This document shows positions 59,534 through 64,000 of a stretch of DNA of 64,000 nt, piece by piece. This DNA comes from Candidatus Saganbacteria bacterium. GTDB taxonomy: Bacteria; Margulisbacteria; WOR-1; XYC2-FULL-46-14; XYC2-FULL-37-10. The stretch is from positions 1,128 to 65,127 of the forward strand of contig JACRPL010000016.1 in assembly GCA_016223245.1 (NCBI GenBank), given 5' to 3'. Numbering within the stretch: the first letter of the stretch is position 1; every line of letters begins with the position of its first letter. The notes beneath the pieces were generated by a model. The model was not told where the DNA came from and ran no database searches. It worked only from the letters and a program-made list of their open reading frames with translations. Made by a program: the position numbers and the translations under genes.

Positions 59534-60613
59534 ATGTGTTTCTCGCCAGAAGGAAGCTTTATCATTGGAACAGCTCTAACGGCAACAGGAGCCCTCTGCG
59601 TCGATCGATCCGCCCGTACCGACAGGAATTTTATTCTATTTGCTTTGATGCCGTTATTTTTTGGTATCCAGCAGATCTTCGAGGGATTTGTTTGGATCGG
59701 GCTTTTAAGAAATATCCCTTGGATGGCCCATATCTTCTCGCACGCTTTTGTCTTTTTCGCTTTCAGTTTTTGGCCGGCATATGTCCCTGTGGCTGTTTAC
59801 TTGGTTGAAAAGCACGAGAATCAAAGGACAAAACAATTGCTGCTGCTTGCAATGATCTTTGGCGTTGGCGCCGGTATTGCCGCATTTTTCTTGCTTATGC
59901 CGGGTTATATCACTCTGACGGCAAAGATCGTTGGGAGCTCTATCAGCTATGATACGCAAAGCCCGCAGAGGCTTAAAGAATTATTTACTTTTACTTATCT
60001 TTTGGCGGTTATACCTCCTTTTCTCATTATCTCCGATATCAGGCTTAAGGTCTTTGGGTATCTACTGCTTTTTTCCGCGATCGTGTCGCAAGTTATTTTT
60101 GAGTACGCGTTCGTGTCGGTCTGGTGCTTCTTTGCAGGGTTGTTGTCTTTTTACATAGCATCAGTTATATTTAGGCTGAGGAGTTGTTGTCATGAAAAAG
60201 CGGTTAGCATGAGCAATAAGATCAAGATATTATTTGTTTGTGTTGAAAATACCGGACGCTCGCAAATGGCTGAGGGTTTTGCCAAGAAATACGCAGGAGA
60301 CAAAATTGAGGTGTTTTCCGCGGGATCAAAGCCATTGGGAAAGCTGAATCCGGTTGCTATCCAGGTTATGCAGGATATCGGCATTGATATTGCAAAACAG
60401 GTTTCGAAAGGATTTGATTCGCTTCCTTACAAGAAATTTGATTATGTTGTCACAATGGGCTGCGGCGATGCTTGCCCTTTTATTCCCTCAACAGAACATT
60501 TGGATTGGAAGATCGAAGACCCAAAAGGAAAGCCTATATCCGAGGTCGCAAAAATAAGGGACGAGATCGGCTTAAAGGTCAAAGAATTGATCGATAGGAT
60601 TTTAGAAAAATAG
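59534..60613 (+). CDS. Multi-TM membrane domain fused in-frame to a C-terminal ArsC/LMW-PTP-family arsenate reductase-like domain (or two genes, with the arsC-like start at ATG about 60209)
   Basis: The C-terminus has KILFVCVENTGRSQMAEG (the CX5R P-loop) and GCGDACP. The N-terminal 220 aa form hydrophobic helices. Confidence 0.55.
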   Translation: MCFSPEGSFIIGTALTATGALCVDRSARTDRNFILFALMPLFFGIQQIFEGFVWIGLLRNIPWMAHIFSHAFVFFAFSFWPAYVPVAVYLVEKHENQRTKQLLLLAMIFGVGAGIAAFFLLMPGYITLTAKIVGSSISYDTQSPQRLKELFTFTYLLAVIPPFLIISDIRLKVFGYLLLFSAIVSQVIFEYAFVSVWCFFAGLLSFYIASVIFRLRSCCHEKAVSMSNKIKILFVCVENTGRSQMAEGFAKKYAGDKIEVFSAGSKPLGKLNPVAIQVMQDIGIDIAKQVSKGFDSLPYKKFDYVVTMGCGDACPFIPSTEHLDWKIEDPKGKPISEVAKIRDEIGLKVKELIDRILEK

Positions 60614-60682
60614 CCCCACGGGGATTCGAACCCCGGCCGTTAGCTTGAAAAGCTAATGTCCTAACCCCTAGACGATGGGGCC
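60611..60682 (-). tRNA. tRNA-Glu (anticodon UUC)
   Basis: The minus strand reads ggccccatcgtctaggggttaggac...ttagc-ttTTCaa-gctaa...ccggggttcgaatccccg. Confidence 0.65.
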
Positions 60683-61032
60683 ATAACGCGCTGCGCTCGT
60701 AATGACCAATGACAAATTTCCAATGACCAACATTGTATCGCTTCGCGATAATTATAATAAATACATTGTTGGGATTTGGTCATTAATAAGTATATCAGAA
60801 TTTCTTTTACAATTCACCCTGCGCCTCGATTGCTCATGCAATGGTCAGGGCTTTTTCGAGTCTGGTTTCCTCGTTGGTAACTGGGCCTCAAGCAGAATAT
60901 ATCTTCGCCAAATTGATTATCTTATCATATCCTTCGACATTCAGGTTGACACATGAAGCAACAACATTTTTTAAGGTTTTTACGTGATATTCGCTTGACA
61001 AAATCGCGGACTCGAGGGCGGCTTTATAAATT

Positions 61033-61199
61033 ATTATTCTTTAGGCCATTTGTTTGTGTCGGAGCCGTAGGCTTCTTTGTTCTTGAGTATTTTAGCCCTT
61101 AATGTCGCGATATTTTTAACAAGTTCGTTCACGGTTTTCTCGAAATCATCGATTTGCTTCAACAATTCATCAACAGATGTTTTATTTTGATCAGGCATA
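61033..61199 (-). CDS. Small hypothetical protein (55 aa, MPDQNKTSVDELLKQIDDFEKTVNELVKNIATLRAKILKNKEAYGSDTNKWPKE)
   Basis: It has a good RBS (ggaggaact) and is a predicted coiled-coil protein too short for the ORF track. Confidence 0.35.
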
Positions 61200-61307
61200 A
61201 TAGTTCCTCCAAATTGTAGTTTTCTATTTGATTATACAGAATGGCATGAGCGGGGGCAAGGCGTAATTTGACTAAGGGCTCGTTTATAAGATAAACTAGT
61301 AGAATAC

Positions 61308-61379
61308 GGGCCCATAGCTCAATGGTGGAGCAATCGACTCATAATCGACAGGTTGTAGGTTCGAACCCTACTGGGCCCA
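61308..61379 (+). tRNA. tRNA with CAU anticodon (Met/fMet or Ile2)
   Basis: The acceptor stem is gggccca/tgggccc, the anticodon loop is ctCATaa and the T-loop is ttcgaac. Confidence 0.7.
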
Positions 61380-61383
61380 TTTT

Positions 61384-62436
61384 TCAATCCCTCAAATATT
61401 CGCGAAGTTTCTTTGCCCTGGTAGGGTGTTTGAGTTTGCGTAAAGCTTTGGCTTCGATCTGTCTTATTCTTTCTCGAGTGACATGGAATTCGCGTCCCAC
61501 CTCTTCTAGTGTCCTTGGGTGGCCGTCATCGATACCAAATCGCATTTTAAGAACTGTTCGTTCCCGTTCGGAAAGCGACGACATTACTTCTTCAAGATCT
61601 TCCCTCAATAATCCGTGCATGACTATCTCATCAGGCGCTACAACCCCCGCATCTTCCACGAAATCGCCTAGTTTTGAAGATTCTTCGTCCCCAACTGGCA
61701 TTTCAAGTGATAATGGAACTTGGGAGATCTTTATTATCTCGCGTACTTTATCAACGGATATACGAGACCTTCTCGCTATTTCTTGTTCTGTAGGTTTTCT
61801 TCCCAATTCCTGCAAAAGCTGTCGGCTTGTTTTTCTTAAACGGTTTATTGTTTCAACCATATGGACAGGTATTCTTATTGTACGGGCTTGGTCGGCTATA
61901 GCTCTAGTTATTGCTTGTCTTATCCACCAAGTGGCGTAAGTCGAAAATTTGTAGCCTTTCCTGTGGTCGAACTTTTCAACCGCTCGAATAAGACCTAGGT
62001 TGCCTTCTTGTACCAGATCCAAGAATAGCATTCCGCGGCCGGTATATTTTTTTGCGATCGAAACCACAAGCCGAAGATTTGAATTTACTAGCTTATGCTT
62101 TGCCGCGCGTTCGTTCAATTTTACTTTTTTTGCAAGATATACTTCTTCCTCGCCGGTTAAAAGTGGGAATCGCCCGATCTCGCGCAGGTACATCCTGACA
62201 GTGTCGTCAACGCCGATGCCGTGCATTTCGGTGACGCCGCCTGTCAGTTCGTCTTCTTTAAGATATGGGGTCTTCGCCGGTTTTTCTTCCGCGATCTTAA
62301 AGCCGTGCGACAAGAGCTCCTCTATCTCGTCGATGTTCTTTTCGGGTTCAGGATATATTTGGAGCAATTGCTCGGGGGTTATCGAGCTTCTTCTCCCGGC
62401 CCGCAAATGTTCGATCATTTCTTTTTTATCTATCAC
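61384..62436 (-). CDS. rpoD: RNA polymerase sigma-70 factor (short RpoD-type)
   Basis: It has region 2 ([27 protein letters not shown]), region 3 and region 4 ([27 protein letters not shown]). Confidence 0.85.
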   Translation of the reverse strand: MIDKKEMIEHLRAGRRSSITPEQLLQIYPEPEKNIDEIEELLSHGFKIAEEKPAKTPYLKEDELTGGVTEMHGIGVDDTVRMYLREIGRFPLLTGEEEVYLAKKVKLNERAAKHKLVNSNLRLVVSIAKKYTGRGMLFLDLVQEGNLGLIRAVEKFDHRKGYKFSTYATWWIRQAITRAIADQARTIRIPVHMVETINRLRKTSRQLLQELGRKPTEQEIARRSRISVDKVREIIKISQVPLSLEMPVGDEESSKLGDFVEDAGVVAPDEIVMHGLLREDLEEVMSSLSERERTVLKMRFGIDDGHPRTLEEVGREFHVTRERIRQIEAKALRKLKHPTRAKKLREYLRD

Positions 62437-62453
62437 GTTGCCCCTCCTTAATT

Positions 62454-64000
62454 CTATCGTGCAAGGGACCTAAAAATTTCATTTAGGCCCAAATATTCTT
62501 TATTCATGGAAGCAATGGCTTCCGCCCCCCCCTTTTTTTCAGAGTCAGAAAACGCATTTCGGAGCGCTTCCATCTTGTTCTTTATAGCCTCCGCTTTGAG
62601 GGAATTGATGCAGTCGGAGAGTATGAGTTCCCGGTCTTCCAAGGGTTCCTCGCTTAACATTATCTCCCGTAATATTTTGCCTTCATCAGTATTCGCCAGG
62701 TTTTCCAAGACAACATTTGCCGGGCTTTCAAATATTTTCTTTGCGAGTTCTTCGTATCGTCCAAAATTCTCTAACTGCAATTCATCTTTTATCCTAACGG
62801 TTGCTTCATCCCACTCGATCATTAATCTGATCAATTTTTTCTGTGCTTCAATAACTTTTGAAGATGGCTTTGCCGTTGTCCGCCGCAGACTGCTTCTTGC
62901 CCTATAAAAAGAATATTTGCTTTTAACTTCGCCTTCAAGCAATTCGGCCGAAATCCCGATCAACTGTGACGCTAGCTTTATGTATTCGCTTTGCAGTATC
63001 TTGTCTTTTTCGTCCGATAGGATCGCGGATGCTTCATGGGCTGCGCGCGCGCGAGCTTCCGCTTCATTCAAATTAAAGCGCCCGATAACGCGCCTAAGTT
63101 TAAATTCAAGGGCAGGGCATGATGCTTTTACGCTTTCGATAAAGGCTTCTTTTCCGGATCTCTTTATCATCTCATCTGGATCTTTAGCGTCTTTTAGTTG
63201 AGCAATTCTTATTCGAACATCAGCTTCTTTTAGGATTTCTTGTGCGCGTTCGGTTGCCGCAACTCCCGCGGGATCCGCATCAAAAGCCAAGACCACCATA
63301 TCGGAAAATCTCTTTATAAGCTTTGCCTGCCTTGGCGTGAAGGCCGTCCCAAGAGGCGCTATGACATTTTTTATTCCCGCCTCATAAATTGATATGACAT
63401 CCACGTTGCCTTCAACCACAAGCGCGAACTTTTGCTGTTTTATCGCATCTTTTGCAAGCCCCAAATTGTACAAGTTGTCCCCTTTGACAAAAATTTCCGA
63501 ATCGGGAGAGTTCAAATATTTCGGCTCCTCGTTATTAAGAGCGCGTCCCGAAAATCCGACGACTCTGTTCCTATGGTCTGTTATCGGGAATATCAGGCGA
63601 TCGCGAAAACGGTCGTAATATCCTTGAGCGTTCGGCCTCGGGATTATAAGCCCAAGTTTTAACAGATCCTCAAGTTTCGCACCGCGGGACAATAAATATT
63701 TGGAGATTGCGTCCCAAGAATTCGGCGCGAACCCGAGCCTGAACAATTTTGGATCGGCGATCCCGCGTTTTTTTATATATTCATTAGCCCCATCGATATT
63801 TAATTCAAAGAACTCGCATGCCGCTTCCGCAAGAGCGTATAAATGATTTTTTTGTTCCCTGTTTTTTTCGTCGTAAGCCGATCTTTCGATATGGACCCCG
63901 ATCTTGTCGCCTATGATCTCTGCCGCCTGCAAAAAATCGGTATTTTCCATCTTCATGACGAAAGTAAAGACATTTCCTCCTGCGCCACAGCCGAAGCAAT
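62454..64000 (-). CDS. dnaG: DNA primase DnaG (the N-terminus runs off the window end)
   Basis: It has the TOPRIM region (...[15 protein letters not shown]...), and zinc-finger residues [13 protein letters not shown] are encoded at the window edge. Confidence 0.8.
   Translation of the reverse strand, partial: CFGCGAGGNVFTFVMKMENTDFLQAAEIIGDKIGVHIERSAYDEKNREQKNHLYALAEAACEFFELNIDGANEYIKKRGIADPKLFRLGFAPNSWDAISKYLLSRGAKLEDLLKLGLIIPRPNAQGYYDRFRDRLIFPITDHRNRVVGFSGRALNNEEPKYLNSPDSEIFVKGDNLYNLGLAKDAIKQQKFALVVEGNVDVISIYEAGIKNVIAPLGTAFTPRQAKLIKRFSDMVVLAFDADPAGVAATERAQEILKEADVRIRIAQLKDAKDPDEMIKRSGKEAFIESVKASCPALEFKLRRVIGRFNLNEAEARARAAHEASAILSDEKDKILQSEYIKLASQLIGISAELLEGEVKSKYSFYRARSSLRRTTAKPSSKVIEAQKKLIRLMIEWDEATVRIKDELQLENFGRYEELAKKIFESPANVVLENLANTDEGKILREIMLSEEPLEDRELILSDCINSLKAEAIKNKMEALRNAFSDSEKKGGAEAIASMNKEYLGLNEIFRSLAR

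Noticed and set aside
61322-61939. A 205-aa ORF on the plus strand downstream of tRNA-Met
   Set aside because: It lies entirely antisense to the well-supported rpoD gene and starts inside the tRNA. It has a low-complexity Ser-rich translation and is a spurious shadow ORF.

Overview
This window appears to come from a diderm bacterium. The evidence is a TonB-dependent receptor, a TonB C-terminal domain protein, a FadL/PorV-like outer-membrane barrel and BtuFCD-type ABC importer genes. It is a mosaic of housekeeping genes (ilvD, ilvBN-ilvC, lysC, plsY, rsmI, queA, tgt, secDF, ftsK, rpoD, dnaG and several tRNAs) and accessory content. Five accessory blocks stand out. (1) Paralogous signal-peptide-bearing, glycine-rich fibre-like surface proteins with a phage-tail-fibre-like KSGDxMSGxL motif form a tandem array at 3.6-13 kb plus one at 19.4 kb. 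They are interleaved with repeated small membrane-protein/peptide gene pairs and COG1373-type ATPases. Their 5' coding regions carry heptanucleotide tandem repeats; one has a C10 tract inside its promoter spacer and one is interrupted by an in-frame TAG. (2) The 13-22 kb stretch is dense in toxin-antitoxin and abortive-infection modules: RelE, three nucleotidyltransferase/HEPN-type pairs plus one solitary nucleotidyltransferase, and an AbiEii pair, with a second AbiEii pair near 49 kb. Two insertions are flanked by duplications of the promoter and 5' end of the downstream housekeeping gene (ilvD, secD). (3) An AT-rich island sits next to two tRNA-Pro genes. It contains a decayed serine recombinase, a giant 1577-aa multidomain protein of unknown function, an XRE regulator and a DprA/SLOG-like protein. 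This island is the best candidate for an undescribed system. (4) Two families of palindromic repeat elements are present. One is a roughly 70-bp intergenic palindrome in two copies. The other is a GC-rich nested hairpin inserted in-frame into queA and tgt and at the start of a C39-like gene. (5) A VapBC pair and a tRNA cluster containing a tRNA-like fragment lie near 57-58 kb. All calls rest on motif recognition by eye; no database searches were run.
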